64,000 bases of DNA from Phoronis australis (lineage: Eukaryota > Animalia > Phoronida), in assembly GCA_002633005.1 (NCBI GenBank), contig NMRA01000174.1:704047-768046 (forward strand), given 5' to 3'. Below are positions 1 through 15,685 of the stretch, piece after piece. How positions within the stretch are numbered: the first letter of the stretch is position 1; every line of letters starts with the position of its first letter. The position numbers were made by a program, and so were the translations under genes. Under the pieces are notes generated by a model. The model was not told the origin of the DNA and ran no database searches. It was given only the letters and a program-made list of their open reading frames with translations.

Positions 1-1
1 A

Positions 2-3000
2 AGTCTCTTGCTGAGTGTGACTGTTGTAGCCACACCGCCCCTTATTGTTGATATAGTGACACATAGTATTACGGCCTTCACCTGGTTTCTCCATCTTGTG
101 TTCGTAGTGAAGCTATTCACAGTCATACCGTTTATTAGTAGTCGCGGACCTTGTGCATTGTTAGTGGCATTTGTGCTCTGTCCCGTGTGTTGGGTGATAC
201 AACTGAGGACTGTAATTTTCCAGTTAAAGCAATCGCAGGTCAGCGTCATTGAAACCAGCTGCGTATTCGCTACAGGGTTTTTCTACGTAATTTATCTGTT
301 TACCGTGATACCAGTGACACATAAAATTCGTCGGACTGAGAATACTGAGGAGAGGCGACACCTGTTGGACCAACGACAAGATCAGCTGGGAGTCGCGGAT
401 GACAAAGCCAATCTGCTGTCTAAATTGTTCTTTTGTTGGGTTCAACCAATGATCAGCAAGGGTGCAAAGAAGAAAATTGATAGCGCGAATGATTTGTTTG
501 ATTTGCCGTCCAAACTCAGAACGGAAAAGGTAGAGAGTCTCTTTAATGAATGCGCTTGTTTAAAACAAACTGCATATCATTCAAGCACTGGAGATCGTCT
601 CATGGTTTCCATCCCTGAGCAAGCTTGTGACATAGATGCTTCTTCTTTGAATAATGCAGCTGGCTTGGTGACTACTGGTACAGTTGAATGTTCAGCAAGT
701 GAAGGTAAAGAGAAGCCATCGTTCTTGCAAGTGCTTCACAAAGCATTCGGTGTTGAGTATTACGCTATTGGGATCTTGAAACTAATTGCGGACGGTTTGG
801 GATTTACTGGGCCTTTATTGCTCAATTTACTCGTCTCGTTCATGGAAGATGCCACAGAACCTGTGCAGCATGGATATCTGTACGCCTCGGGGTTGTTTTT
901 CTCCACTTTGTTTTCTGCAATTTGTAACTCGCAGTTTGACTATCTGGTGCAGTGCGTAGGGTTGAAGATACGCACCGCTGTAATCACGACAATATACAGG
1001 AAGACTCTTGCCGTTAATAGTGTCACACTCTCGCGGTTCAGTTCAGGACAGGTAGTCAACTTTATGAGTACAGACAGTGATCGCATCGTGAATTTTTGTC
1101 CCAGCTTCCACCAGTTTTGGAGTCTGCCATTCCAGATTGCCGTGTCACTGTTTTTGCTGTATCAGCAGATTGGCATCGCATTTCTTGCTGGGCTAGGCTT
1201 TGCTGTAATCCTGATCCCCATCAATCGATGGCTGGCAATAAAAATTGCTGACCTCAGCACAAAGATGATGCATCAGAAAGATTCCAGGGTTAAGGTAACC
1301 TGCTGATTATTAACAAGTTTCCATAACACTGTGTATATGTTTTAATTGATAGTTTAACAGTTATAGATACAAACTTTTGGGGGAATGTTATCTTTTTGGC
1401 GTATTTTACTTATCCCAAAAGGTATTTTGAACAATTGTTGTCCATTTTCAAATCGGATGTTGTGATGCTGTGAGGAATTTACACAATGGAGACTCTGTGT
1501 GTCTGGTCTGATGAAGTGTTATATAAGTGTTAATACCAGTGACCAGATGTTTATGGCATCATTGCTCAAGTCAAATGGGAAATTGTTATGTGTTGGGACG
1601 GGGACTAAAATTGGCTGGCATCTCAACATTGGGAAATATTTTTGAGTGGGAAAGTGAGAGAGCGTAGTTTACTTAGACTTGCTGAGATTTTTTAAACTAA
1701 TTTCGTTTACGCTTGCGATTTGAAGAATTGTTGCTTCTACAAATTTCATATTGTCATCGCTGTCTCCGTCTGGCATCCGCTGCTATATCTCCTAAACCCC
1801 TTGCTCGATGTTACTGAAATATGGCAGATGTATTCCTACCGCTGGCAATTTTACTTTACCTCTGTATCTTTGGAGTTCCTTGATATATTTTCATGAAATA
1901 TAAAAATAGTATTTATTAAGGAGACGGTGATACCATTCCATTTTTGGACAATTTTGACATATTTTTTACTTTTCAAAGTCTACCACAGTTATATTCATTT
2001 AGTTCATTCGTATTTTGTGGAAGCGCTTGAACTCTCATCTCTACTCATTTCAGCTGATGAACGAAATGCTGGGAGGTATCCGCGTGATTAAGTTCCATGC
2101 CTGGGAGCCACACTTTGCACAGCAAATCAACAAACTGCGCCAAGCTGAGCTGAAGAGCCTTAAGGGACGCAAGTACCTGGACGCACTGTGTGTCTACTTT
2201 TGGGCCACAACCCCTGTTCTCATCTCCATTCTGACATTCACCACGTACTCGTTATTGGGAAACAATCTGACGGCAGCGAAGGTATATTCACCTTCTTATT
2301 CGCTCAGAACACCCATCTCATTCTGTGAACTTGAAATTAAAACTTTGAAAAAACTATATATTTATTTATTAATTATTTTAAGTTTCATTCTTTTCCTCAG
2401 CACATGTCGAACAGTAGCATTCTTGATCAATTCTAGAAGATTCTCTTAAAGTGCCTTATCACTGATCAGGTCACTCTTATTATATTACATAAATATTAAA
2501 TAGAAATAATTAAATAAAATAATAACACTCAAAAGGGAATTTTGCCGCTGTTCAAGTGTCAATTTTAAATTCTTAACTGAAGCACTTTTGGGCTTAATAA
2601 CGAGGTCATGCTCGTCCAATCTTGAATTGTTATAGAATAAGCCGGCAACTCAAGTCATGGGTAATATGAACATGGGCCGTTTTCAAATTCATGGTTTTAA
2701 GGTTGGCTAAACCCTATTAAGTGAAGCATTTTATTGAGCCAGTGATGGTTTCAATATTCTTGTTGTTAAAGGAAACATAATCCTAAAGTATGGCATACTA
2801 TGAGACTCAGCCTATGATTTTAAGTGGATTAATTCAGTTTCTTTGCCATCTAAAAAGTGGAGAAATGCAGTGGTTTATATATCTATTTTTAGGTGTTCAC
2901 TAGTCTAGCTCTGTTCAACATGCTCATCAGTCCTCTCAATGCATTCCCCTGGGTCATAAATGGTCTAATGGAGGCATGGGTCTCCCTCAAGAGAATACAG

Positions 3001-6000
3001 GAGTTCTTTCTCCTCAGTGAAATCAACCTTAACAAGTACTATCAGGGTTACCAAGGTTGGTGTATATTATGGCTAGCACTATGTTTTTGTGACATGGAGG
3101 TCATATGGAGGCTTTAGTTGTGAATGCAACACTTATCAGGCCAAGAAAACCATATTTGGTTTCGGTCTGTGGTTTTTGGATAAGCAAGTTGGTGAGAATG
3201 TATTTTTGTAGTGGCTCACTTTGATTAGAAGAGATGAAATTGATGCAGACAGAGTTTTTATAGTTGCTGAAAGCAGGTCTCAAAATCATTTGGGAGTTCC
3301 AGACTACAGATTCTGAACCATCTATGCTTTTTTGGCCTTATCTGTTGGAGTTTATGATGTATTAGAGCATGCTGCTCTATACCTGCATTATGTTTAAAGC
3401 TAACTTGAGTCAGACCACTTACCGAGATTATTCACAACTTGCCCCTCGCTCAAATTGAAATGTGATTTCTAGGCATTGAAAAACAAACTGTTTTTTACTG
3501 TTTGATAAAATGTCTTGTTGAGCTATTTCATGTGCTGAGCCTGATGTGGCAATGGTAAACTGGTAACTCTTTCACAACCCAGAAATCACTTCTCATCTGA
3601 ACAAGGAACAACCTGAGATCAGTTTTATATTCAGTCCCAAGATTTACAGAAAGTGTTTTCATCTGAATACACAGCGCAGCTGTATCACGATAAGGTACAG
3701 TGCAAGCTTTAAGTAACGGACAAAATGACCCTGAATTCCCCGTCATGACAACTGGGTGCTAGTGAATCGTCATAGTGGTTCTTCATCTCACCAGAAAATG
3801 ACAGGGAATTTACAAGAAAATTTGCAAAGGGAAACTCTATTCTGTAATCGGAAGTAGCCATCGTCATGGAAATGGCATTTTGTCTATTACATTTGATATG
3901 TTCTGTAGATGATGCCTGTTGTATTGACCTACAGCCTGGGTAGGTACTCTTCAGTGCTGACACAATTATTCCCATTTTCATTATTTTGGCCACATGCGTT
4001 TACAAACATGTAGTCTCAAAATCTATGTAAAAATAGTGTAATATTGCAATTCCCCATAGAATAATAAGCCCAAGAAAGTGTAAACAAGATTTTTGGAGTG
4101 TTAGTAGTCGTGCTTTGATAACAGATTATTACCACGGACTAGTTGAAAGTTTCTCATATCGTCGTCAGCAATTTAGTCTTAATGCAAATGTTTGATCAGT
4201 CAAGCGAGNACAGGGACTAAAAATTGGCTGGCATCTCAACTTTGGCAAACAGTTTGGAATGGAAAAGTGAAAGAGCATAGTTTACTTAGACTTGCTGATA
4301 TTTTTTAAACTAATTTTGTTTACTGTGTCACGCTTGCGATTTGAAGAATTGTTGCTTCTACAAATTTCATATTGTCATCGCCGTCTCCGTCTGGCATCTG
4401 CTTTATTTCCTAAACCCCTTGCAGGATCTTTTGGAAGATTGGCAAGTATGTTCCTATTAAGTTGACAACAGATGGACATATCCGATTACCACTGTTCCTT
4501 TGTCATTTTTTTAACATGTTTGCCTTTGGAGTTCCGTGATGGATTTTCATGAAATTTAGCAAACAGTTTAGTATTGGAGAGACGGCGCCTCCCCATTTGA
4601 CATATTCTGTGCCATCCTAATGGCCATATTTTATGATACTGATCAGAAAACATCCCTTGAAGCACACCAAATGCGTTGCAGTCTAGGGCACATTTGAACG
4701 CTCGGCGTTGCTCTTGTTATAGAAATGTTCCAAAATATTTGAGTTAGAAGTATATGCTAACTTTATCAAAAATTAAGAAAGGTAACATTCCCCTTTAGAT
4801 TACTGAATTTTCTTATTGGTTAATTGCCATCTGCTGCAGACTGAAAATTTTTACTGAAAAAATTGGCAATTTTTGCATCTTGTCAGTTTTTAACTATGCA
4901 CTTTTCTGTCTGGACACTCACTCTTTAAAATGTTTTTTTCTACCTGGTTCAAAGTTTGCAAACATGTTTAAGTCTGGCTAGCATGCCCTCTGTTGGCTAA
5001 CAGATGGCATACTTATCATAATTAAAATGTTAGCGATATATTTCCATGCCGCATTGATTATTCATGTGGTTCAAAGTTATTTTCTTTGCATATTATTTGT
5101 GAATTCAAATTCCTTCAATTAGAAAATCAAAGTCTTCCACAGTTATTTAGTACATTCGTATTTTGTGGAGGTGTTTGAACACTCATCTCTACTCATTTCA
5201 GCTGATGAACGAAATGCTGGGAGGTATCCGCGTGATCAAGTTCCATGCCTGGGAGCCACACTTTGCACAGCAAATCAACAAACTGCGTCAAGCTGAGCTG
5301 AAGAGCCTCAAGGGACGCAAGTACCTGGACGCACTGTGTGTCTACTTTTGGGCCACAACACCTGTTCTCATCTCCATTCTGACATTCACCACGTACTCGT
5401 TATTGGGAAACAATCTGACGGCAGCGAAGGTATATTCACCTTCTTATTCGCTCAGAACGCCCATCTCATTCAGTGAACTTGAAATTATAACTTGAAAGAA
5501 CTATATATTAATATTTACTAATTATTTTAAGTTTCATTCTTTTTCTCAGCACATGTCGAACAGTAGCATTCTTGATCATTTCTAGAAGATTCTCTTGAAG
5601 TGCCTTATCACTGATCAGGTCACTCTTATGTTAAATAATATTACATAAATATTAAATAGAAATAATTAAATAAGATAACACTCAAAAGGGAATTTTGCCG
5701 CTGTTCAAGTGTCAATTTTAAATTCTTAACTGAAGCACCTTTTGGGCTTAATAATGAGGCCATGCTCATCCAATCTTGAATTGTTACAGAATAAGCCGGC
5801 AACTCAAGTCATGGATAATATGAACATGTGCCGTTTTCAAATTCATGGTTTTAAGGTTGGCTAACCCCTATTAAATGAAGCATTTTATTGAGCCAATGAT
5901 GGTTTCAATATTCTTGTTGGTAACGGAAACAGAATCCTAAAGTATGGCATACTATGAGACTCATTCTATGATCTTTAGTGGATTAATTCAGTTTCTTTGC

Positions 6001-9000
6001 CAGCTAAAAAGTGGGGAAATGCAGTGGTGTATAAATCTATTTTTAGGTGTTCACTAGTCTAGCTCTGTTCAACATGCTCATCAGTCCTCTCAATGCATTC
6101 CCCTGGGTCATCAATGGTCTAATGGAGGCATGGGTCTCCCTCAAGAGAATACAGGAGTTCTTTCTCCTCAGTGAAATCAACCTTAACAAGTACTATCAGG
6201 GTTACCAAGGTTGGTGCATATTTTGGCTAGCACTATGTTTGTGTGATATGGAGGTCATATGGAAGCTTTAGTTGTGACTGCAACACTTATCAGGCCAAGA
6301 AAACCATATTTGGTTTCGGTCTGTGGTTTTTGGATAATTAAGTTGGTGAGAATGTATTTTTGTAGTGGTTCACTTTGAAAATCATCTGATGCTAGTAAAA
6401 GTGATCAAGTCATGGCAGTTCAAACCTTGCTTACCCTTGTTTTTCAAAAGAGATGAAATTGATGCAGACAGGGTTTTTATAGTTGCTGAAAGCAGGTCTC
6501 AAAATCAGTTGGGAGTCCCAGACTACAGATTCTGAACCATCTATGCTTTTTTGGCCTTATGTGTTGGGAGTTTATGATGTATTAGAGCTGATCTATACCT
6601 GCATTATGTTTAAAGCTAACTTGAGTCAGACCACTTACCGAGATTATTCACACCTTGTCCCTCTCTCAAATTGAAATGTGATTTCTAGGCATTGAAAAAC
6701 AAACTGTTTTTGACTGTTTGATAAAATGTCTTGTTGAGCTATTTCATGTGCTGAGCCTGATGTGGCAATGGTAAACTGGTAACTCTTTCACAACCCAGAA
6801 ATCACTTCTTATCTGAGCAAGGAACAACCTGAGATCAGTTTTATATTCAGTCCCAAGATTTACGGAAAGTGTTTTCATCTGAATACACAGCGCAGCTGTA
6901 TCACGATAAGGTACAGTGCAAGCTTTAAGTAACGGACAAAATGACCCTGAATTCCCCGTCATGACAACTGGGTGCTAGTGAATCGTCATAGTGGTTCTTC
7001 ATCTCACCAGAAAATGACAGGGAATTTACAAGAAAATTTGCAAAGGGAAACTCTATTCTGTAATCGGAAGTAGCCATCGTCATGGAAATGGCATTTTGTC
7101 TATCACATTTGATATGTTCTGTAGATGATGCCTGTTGTATTGACCTACAGCCTGGGTAGGTACTCTTCAGTGCTGACACAATTATTCCCATTTTCATTAT
7201 TTTGGCCACATGCGTTTACAAACATGTAGTTTCAAAATCTATGTAAAAATAGTGTAATATTGCAATTCCCCATAGAATAATAAGCCCAAGAAAGTGTAAA
7301 CAAGATTTTTGGAGTGTTAGTAGTCGTGCTTTGATAACAGATTATTACCACGAACTAGTTGAAAGTTTCTCATATCGTCGTCAGCAATTTAGTCTTAATG
7401 CAAATGTTTGATCAGTCAAGCGAGTTTTCAGTTTTTTCTGAGTGCGATGTTTTTCAGACATAAGTCAAATCAGCGCTCTTGTCAGATCGGGAAATTCCAT
7501 ATTCTGTAGCTGGTTCTGAGGAATGAAGGATACTGTTTTACTCTGACTCTTAAAATTGTGATCAGAAAGCTGTTCTGTCTAGCATCCTGTAACTGCTTTT
7601 ATTCACTCATTTGTGTATTGGTCACTTACTAGTGTGACTCATTCTGAGAACTGGTGTTCTCCACTGAGTAACAGGTGTCGCACTGTTTCTCAAGGTGCGG
7701 GGAACCTGTAATTGAATGTTGCCTACATTTAGATGGTTGTTTTGCTAACACTACCTTTTTTCAAATATTTATTGAAACAAACCAATAGAAATTACCAACA
7801 CAATTAAGGAGTAAAAAGCATATTAAGTCTCTCATTCGAATCCTCCAGCTCTGTGCGACTTTAAATTTTAAGGGTTTCTAGTAGTTCTGAGGGGTTTTCT
7901 CTTGTTTTCGTATTTTTCAATATCTTGTTGACTCCAAAAAATTCCTAGGAATACGATAGTCTTGAAGTTAGTTTTTATCAGATATTTTACTGTAGTTGTG
8001 ATATTTTCATTATAATAATCTCCAAAGTAAGCAGATAACAACCTTTTTCACCAATTAAAAGTTAGTGTCTGCAGCATTTGAAATCCATTTGTATTTTGTT
8101 CCAACAGGAAAGCACTTGCTTGCATTCCAAAATACAAGGCTTCGCTTAGTGAATTTTGAGATTCTCACTGATGTTGAGCATGGAGTCTGGCGTGAACGCT
8201 GCCTAGTTATGGCAGTCATAATTGCAATGCAAAAAGAACAGCAAGGGAGAATTCCAAGAAAATGCATGAAGACTGTGCAGTTTAGCTCTGGATTTATATT
8301 GTAGAGAACAGTGACTGTGCTTTGTCTATGGTCAACTCTTACTTCATGTGGAAGGACGAACGTGTGGATTCTTTCTCTGACAATCTACTGCTTAACCTGA
8401 AGAACATCAACCTCACCATAAACAAGGTATGGTTGGATTCTGTATCACATTGCTGTGTACATTTCATGTTAATTGGGCTTTATCTTGGTCCAGTATGATT
8501 GGACTGGTTGGCTTGTAATTTCACTTTGGCAAGTGCAGTTGGGTTACATATGTAAGGTAACTATTATATAATGTACTGAGCTGCTGTTGGTCATCTCTCG
8601 TTGATATCTAGCTGCCATGCTGGTTCTTTTACTGAATGACATTTTGAATGCCCTCCCGTAATGTTGATTTGATAAAAGTGTACTTTTGATTCTAAACGAG
8701 ACTACCACAGCAGTGACTCTCCCACCCTCCCTCCCCCTTCCCTCCCTCCCTCCCCCCTTCCCTCCCTCCCTCTCTCTCGTGACTGAATGGTGTAGTTTCT
8801 GTGCCTGTCTGTTGTGCCTGTTGTCTGGTGTTGTATTGAAATGTAAGCTCAGAAATTACCTGTCATCTGGGCAATGAGTAAAGTTGTAGAAAGTGGATGT
8901 TCAAACCAAATTTTATTTTTTTGATGTACAGCAGGTTTATGGTACTTTTTATGTTTGCTTACCATCACTGATACCCATCACTCGCTAATGACATCAAGTA

Positions 9001-12000
9001 AGTAAATAACTAATCATTTTATTCACAGGGGGAGCTAGTGGGAGTTATGGGTGCTGTGGGCTCCGGCAAAAGTAGTCTGTTGTCAGCCATCTTGGCAGAG
9101 ATGAAATCCATGGGTGGTGCCATCTGTGTGTCTAATCAAGACACGGGTTTTGGCTATGTGGCACAAGAGAGCTGGCTGCAACATGGGACAATTAAAGAAA
9201 ACATTCTGTTTGGCAAGGCCTGTAATGAGGTCAGATACCAGCAGGTCTTGGAGGCATGTGCGCTGTTGGATGACCTGAAGGTGCTGCCCTCTGGGGATAT
9301 GACAGAGATAGGCGAGAGTGGAGTGACTCTCAGCGGAGGTCAGAAGACCCGAGTGGCGCTGGCAAGAGCTGTATACCAGGTCGTTGGAAAGCATTATTTT
9401 CAAGCTTTTGATGAATAATCAGTTTCCCTTTTCCAGTAACATGTTACTTTTTATTCTGAATGATATGTTGCTGTCTTTTGTAAATTAGTAATTTAACAAA
9501 TTATTCAATTTTTCACTAGTCCCTTTGCAGCACAGATTGAAATTTTAAGCATTCTCGGTTCCTTTTAGCTATTTTAAACACCGTTCATTCTAATGGCTGT
9601 TTTTGTCCAAAAAGTGTAATGAGTATTTGCCAAAAGACTGCAGAAATGAAATAAATCGTAACATTTTACTTTTTTATCATTGTCTTCATGAACTACAAAA
9701 AGGTGCATGACAATCGTCCACGTGAACAATTGATGAATTGTGTAATACAAATCGCATTCTTTGATAATGAATAATACGAATAATAAGAGGAACAATCTGG
9801 TACTCCTGCAGTTCCCAGAAGTTTGTGATTTAATTTGTTGATTTCTGTTGTAGGATAAAGATGTCTATCTCTTAGATGACCCCTTGGCTGCTGTTGATGC
9901 CCACGTGGCCAGACATATCTTCAACAGGTGCATTATGGGAGTGCTGGCTGGTAAAACGCGTGTGCTGTGCACCCATCATATCAAGTACTTGCAACGAGCA
10001 GACGTCGTGGTTGCAATGGAGGCTGGTGAAATAGTGCAGATAGGTAGGGGAGATAATTCATTTAATGAAGCATAGTGAAGTACACAGACCCCGGTGGTTG
10101 CATTCAATGTAATGTATAATTTGTTCTCGTGTTTTGCATGCTGGTTCATGCAACGTTCACTTATAGATGCAGACAGATCTCTTGAACTGAAAGATTCCTT
10201 ATATGAGATGTTTTTGTTTGTTTTATCCATGGTTTATGCTTTTCAATTAGTGAGCTTTTAATCATATGACTGATTTTCAACAAACCTCTGTAGTGGTAAA
10301 GTCCCCAAAAAACGCCAGGAAGTACTTATATAAGGGGCTTAATAAGTGCTCAAAAAGTTGAAAGGCATAGAATACTTATTGTCAAAGGTTGGTAGTTGTT
10401 GACATGTGTCTATTAATGCATCATAACCATGTATCAACCACATTCTTGTTGTAGCACTGGAGTGTTATAATTTTTCTTAGGCTCGCCAAATGATATCCTT
10501 CAACAAGCTGAATATCGTGAAGCAAAGTCAAACAAAGCGGCAGCTGATAACGACACAGATGACCAAAACATGGAGCCCCCAGTCTCTGTCGCCCTAGTCG
10601 AAGAAGAGGAGAGAGATACGGGTGTTGTCAAGTTAGCCGTATACAGATCGTATTGGTCGGCTGTTGGCAGTGTTCTGGCTACCTCCACTTTGGTCGCACT
10701 TTTGCTAATGCAAGGTTAGTACGGATGCAACAAAGGTTGCTACATAAAACTGTTAACAGGATGTTCTTGACTGCTCTTGAGTTCTGTTCTTCAGACACTT
10801 GCAACGTTCAGGTTGGCACCCAGGTCATTTAAACTACAAAACTATAAAAAATCAGGGTGAGCGTAAAAATGTGGTGCATCTCTCATATTGTTAAAGTTAC
10901 TGATTTGAAAAATTTTACACATTTTTACCGAATATTTTCAATTTTGAAGTTCTTATTTGAAGGCAGGAACATTCCCATAGCCAAGAGGGGTGTGAAGACA
11001 CCTCACCAGCAGCTGAGGCAGTTTATGCCCATCTCAATGGAGACAATTTTTTTTCTAAATGAGTCTGAAGGATCTATAACACTGAATGGTTGGGCAAGAG
11101 TCTGGAAATTTAGCAATGACTGAATGCAGTAGCTGGTTATGTGCATGAGACCTTTAGCTGATTGTCGCATTAACACAAACAGATGAGTGCAGTTGGAGAT
11201 TTGCTGAGGTCTTGTCTCGCCAAATTCATTCGAATTCATGTTTGAGCTCAGTTTAATGTCTTGATGAAACATGCTGAGGACGAGCAAAAATGAACAACTT
11301 TGCCCCATAGCATTCCTGGGATTCCACACCATGGGATTCTCACTCAGATTGTACAGCGTTTAAATGATTTTCTCTCGCTTTTTGTCCCGTTTTCGAGATG
11401 GTAGGAAGAACTGCGTTGGTGTGACAGGGCCCTTAATGCACAGGTACATGAGTTCTGTTCCTCAATCACCACTGATGTCACTCTTTACTAATAAACACAT
11501 GTTTCTTACATGGTTATGTGTCTTTGGGAAATTCGTCTGCCTGTGCCTATATGAGAAGATAAGGATCTTAATAATTTCAGCTTCAAGAAATATCAATGAC
11601 TGGTGGTTGTCCTACTGGATATCAAACTCCAAGAACTCAACGTCACATGAAGTTCACCGTACACTACTAACGACAGGGTAAGTTGATAGCCATCATCTAC
11701 CCATTGGTAATAAGCAATCATTTATGGAGTATAACTGGTTTGCATTTTGTCACCGTCAATTACTTTTGGCAATTGAAAAGAGAATAGATTAACTGTATTG
11801 TAACAAGAAATGAATTAAAATTCAAGGATTGTTGATGGTTGGTTTCAGTAATAGGTAGAATTCCATTTCATCTGCCTCTAGAGTTATCATAACATAGACT
11901 TCTAGAAAGGACATGCATTGAAATGGAGTTGTGTTTTTGCTTCGTGCAGCATTGAATAAAAGATACTGCCTTCTGAAGCACTTATAATGCATTGTTTAAT

Positions 12001-15000
12001 TTTAGGACATTTGTTTCTCCTGCATATCTCACTGCTCCCCCTGGTGACGATGTGACTTACTACCTCACAATCTATGGCATTCTGGCAGGGCTGAACTCAT
12101 TCTTCACACTCCTCCGTGCATTCCTATTTGCCTACGGTGGAATCTGTGCAGCCACGGTACTTCACATCAAACTGCTGGACACCATACTCAGGGTAATTCA
12201 ATTGTTTAGCAAGATGTCATTTTGATGTTTTGGACCCAGTTATATAAAATTAAGGCCCCTAAATTATAATTATAATTAGACCTTATTTACATAGCACTGT
12301 AAATTACTAAGCACTTTGAAAAGTATTACCAGGCCATGGACTTGATCAATCATAATCCTCAGCTCCTTGGGAGCATTCAATGAGTGCAACCATTGTCATA
12401 GCAGGCCGATTAATTCAATCATTTAATTTTGTAAAATGTTCAGGTCCTAAATTGCCCCCATGTAGACTTGAATGACAAAAAAATCTACAAAAATTTTTAA
12501 TGTAATGTGAATGTACATTTCTATTTCTTTTTTTGGGTCCAAGTTGCATTATATTAGTGTCAGATATGTCATCTCTAAGCATCGGAATAACAATTCAGAG
12601 ATCTGCCAACATATGACATGATTTCAGTGGCTTGGGAGACGTGTGCTTTTAAAAAAGCTTACAACACGAGCTTTGGGATGTGAATGTTAATACAATTAAA
12701 GTGTTTTGATTGAACATATAAATTAAGATATAGAATTTACGCTCACATATGTCCATTTTGAGATCAGTATTTTGGGGCCAGTGGAGGTGTCCAATCTCTA
12801 TGACACAGGAACTCCTCAATCAATAACTTTGGACCAGTCTGTTGAGGGTCCAGGAAAATTGCCTGATGGTAATGTGGAATCAAGCCCACAATGTCACAGG
12901 TGTGAACCTGGTGAGACTTAATTACTAGACTAGTGCTGCAGAACACTTGGATATATTTACATTGTTTGTAGTAGTGGTATAAGCTTTTTGACAGGAAAAG
13001 GGGACTGTTACATTTCTATGGTATTTTGGTCAATTTTTAATTTTAACGTAATCTAAAATATATTTTAACCTATTCAGTCTTATTTTTCTAAAAAGAAAAT
13101 TAATAGAACCAGCAATTTGTCAAACAGAAAGCGTAACACTTTGGCTGAATGGCTGTTGTAATAGTTTTATCATCCGTTTCTCACATTATTCCTCAAACCA
13201 AATGGCAAATCGCTATGTACGGGGAGTGATGCTGAATATCAGATGGTGTCTTGGCCAATAAAGACAGAAATGAGCACGGAAAAGTGATGAAAAACAGCGC
13301 ACTCAAACAGATTGACGTTTTTGAAACTTGTTCATTGTGGTACATTTCCAGTTTGAAGTATTAAATAATTGTTTTTAACAATTTCAGTATTCAATTTCTG
13401 TACAAGTTTCAAAATGCTTTTTATAGTCAGCTAAAATGTTGAATTGACCAAAACCTCCTTCAACACAGTAATGTTTCCCTTTCATGTTGCATTGTGAAGC
13501 AGCTAGTAAGTAATTATTGTTGCAACTCCCCAGAAAGAAGAAGCTAACATGATTGGCTATTTAATTCTTTACCAGGCACCCATTTCTTTCTTCGATGTCA
13601 CACCTCTGGGGCGCATCATCAATCGTTTCTCATCAGATGTCTACTCTATCGACGATTCACTACCATTCATCTTAAACATCCTACTAGCGCAGGCGTATGG
13701 AATACTGGGCACCATAGTAATCACGTGTTATGGATTACCATGGCTGACTGTTCTACTTGTTCCACTGGCTGTGGTCTACTACTTCATCCAGGTGCAAAAT
13801 TCTTTTTATGAATTGTTCACGGATGCCGCTTTATGTGAGTTTGTCCTTCTTGGAGGAAACAGAACCGTCTTGTACCCTACTTGCACAGCTCTGGGTCATT
13901 TGAATTTGCATTTCAAAATGGAGATTTTCCTGGAATTATCCCCCCTGTTATTTAGAATGCAGACAAGTGGCTTTGTAATATTGTGTGTTCCTATAGGTGG
14001 CATTAGTATCATCACATTTCACTGTCCTCATTTTGCCATCTGCTGGTGATGTGTCATTGTTGGAGCACAAATACCATGAAAATGAAATTCCATGGTCATG
14101 CTCTTCATTTGTATTTCGTGCATAATGATAGACAAGTTTAAATTGCAGAAATCAGTAGAGCATAATTCAAAATTGAAGTGTTGTTTTCTTCAAACTGCTC
14201 GAAAGTTTGTTCCAGACAGTATTAAGTGTACAAAATGATATGCTTTCTCACTATTCATAGTATGTATTGACATTTTGGATGATTAAGTTTGGTGAAAAAT
14301 TTTTATACTGGAACCACTGACCATTGATATGAGAAGAATTATTGTACATGTCGTGAGCAGGTATCAATTACGTGCCAGTGAATGTGTTATTTAAAAGGAC
14401 CAAAACCGGGATGAATTCTGAATTTCTGACATTTTTGTTTCTTTCTTGATTTTTGCTCTGCAAATGAGATTTCTTTTCTGTGTCTTTGCAGTATTACTAC
14501 AGGTTCAGTTCACGTGAAATCAAGCGTATCACAAGTGTCACGCTGTCACCGATCTATGCTCACTTCTCAGAGTCTGTCTTGGGACTCGTCACCATTCGAG
14601 CTTTCAGAGAAACTGCACAGTAAGTTCTCTAGCGCACCAAGTCTTCAAAATCTTCTTGAAGTAAATTATCTCCCCAATAATTGCTTGGGTATGCTAAACT
14701 CAACAAGACTGAGCAGACGGATATAAGAAGAGTGAGGTCTCTGATTGTGATATTAACACAGACAAAGTCAGAGTTAATGGGCAGAGGTTAAAACGACTGA
14801 GCACAGTTCGAGCACAGTTCCGTTCCGGTCCCAGTTCCAGCGGAATATGGTTCACTTGCCAGATAACTGTTGCAATCAAGACCACAGTGAAACATGCTCT
14901 TGTCCGGGTTCCAACAAGCCACACACACAGACACAGACACAGACACAGACACAGACACAGACACAGACACAGTGTAGCCTTTTCACATGGGTTACAACCA

Positions 15001-15636
15001 CTCCTAGATATTGATGCAGAGATGTCAACACCATGAGGTGGTGTTCCGAGTCAATACACAATATACTCAACCTTAGCAAAACAAAAGAAAAACTACAAGT
15101 ATGTCAACGTCAAACGTGTCATTTACTTTGAATGAAATTTTATTTATTATCCTGACATCCTTTTAATGTAATTATTTATTTAGTATACTAACATTCCTCA
15201 TGTTGTTGAATCACTGCAGGAGGGTATTGCCATTTCAGTGTAATAAATATTATCATTTGAGTATTAAAATACTCATATCACCATACGTGCAGTTTTCTCA
15301 GCGTTCACTGTGTCTTCTTCATGGACTATTCTCAACGAAAAGTTGTTTTGCTGCTTTTTGCTTGTCTGTGTGTCGATACGTGCCTCAGTAATTCAATTAA
15401 AGGTGGAATAAACTTCAATTATGAGTAACTTATTTCATGACTATTAGAGTTATTATAGTGAAATTGGGAAGTGTGTTAACACACACATTGTCAGTTTTGT
15501 GTAGATCCATGATAAAATGTAATAGGTTATTTACTACATGGCTTGTTTTATTTTTTGTTCTCTGAGTGCCTCCTGTTTATTTCTTCATAATGTATGAATA
15601 TTCTGCTGTTGTCATAACCGTTTAATATGATTTCTC

Positions 15637-15685
<49 letters not shown>

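Noticed and set aside
3528-7209. Paired minus-strand ORFs (3528-3746/6744-6962 and 3709-3993/6925-7209) that look conserved
   Set aside because: The similarity only reflects the allelic duplication; non-ATG starts and no recognisable domain.
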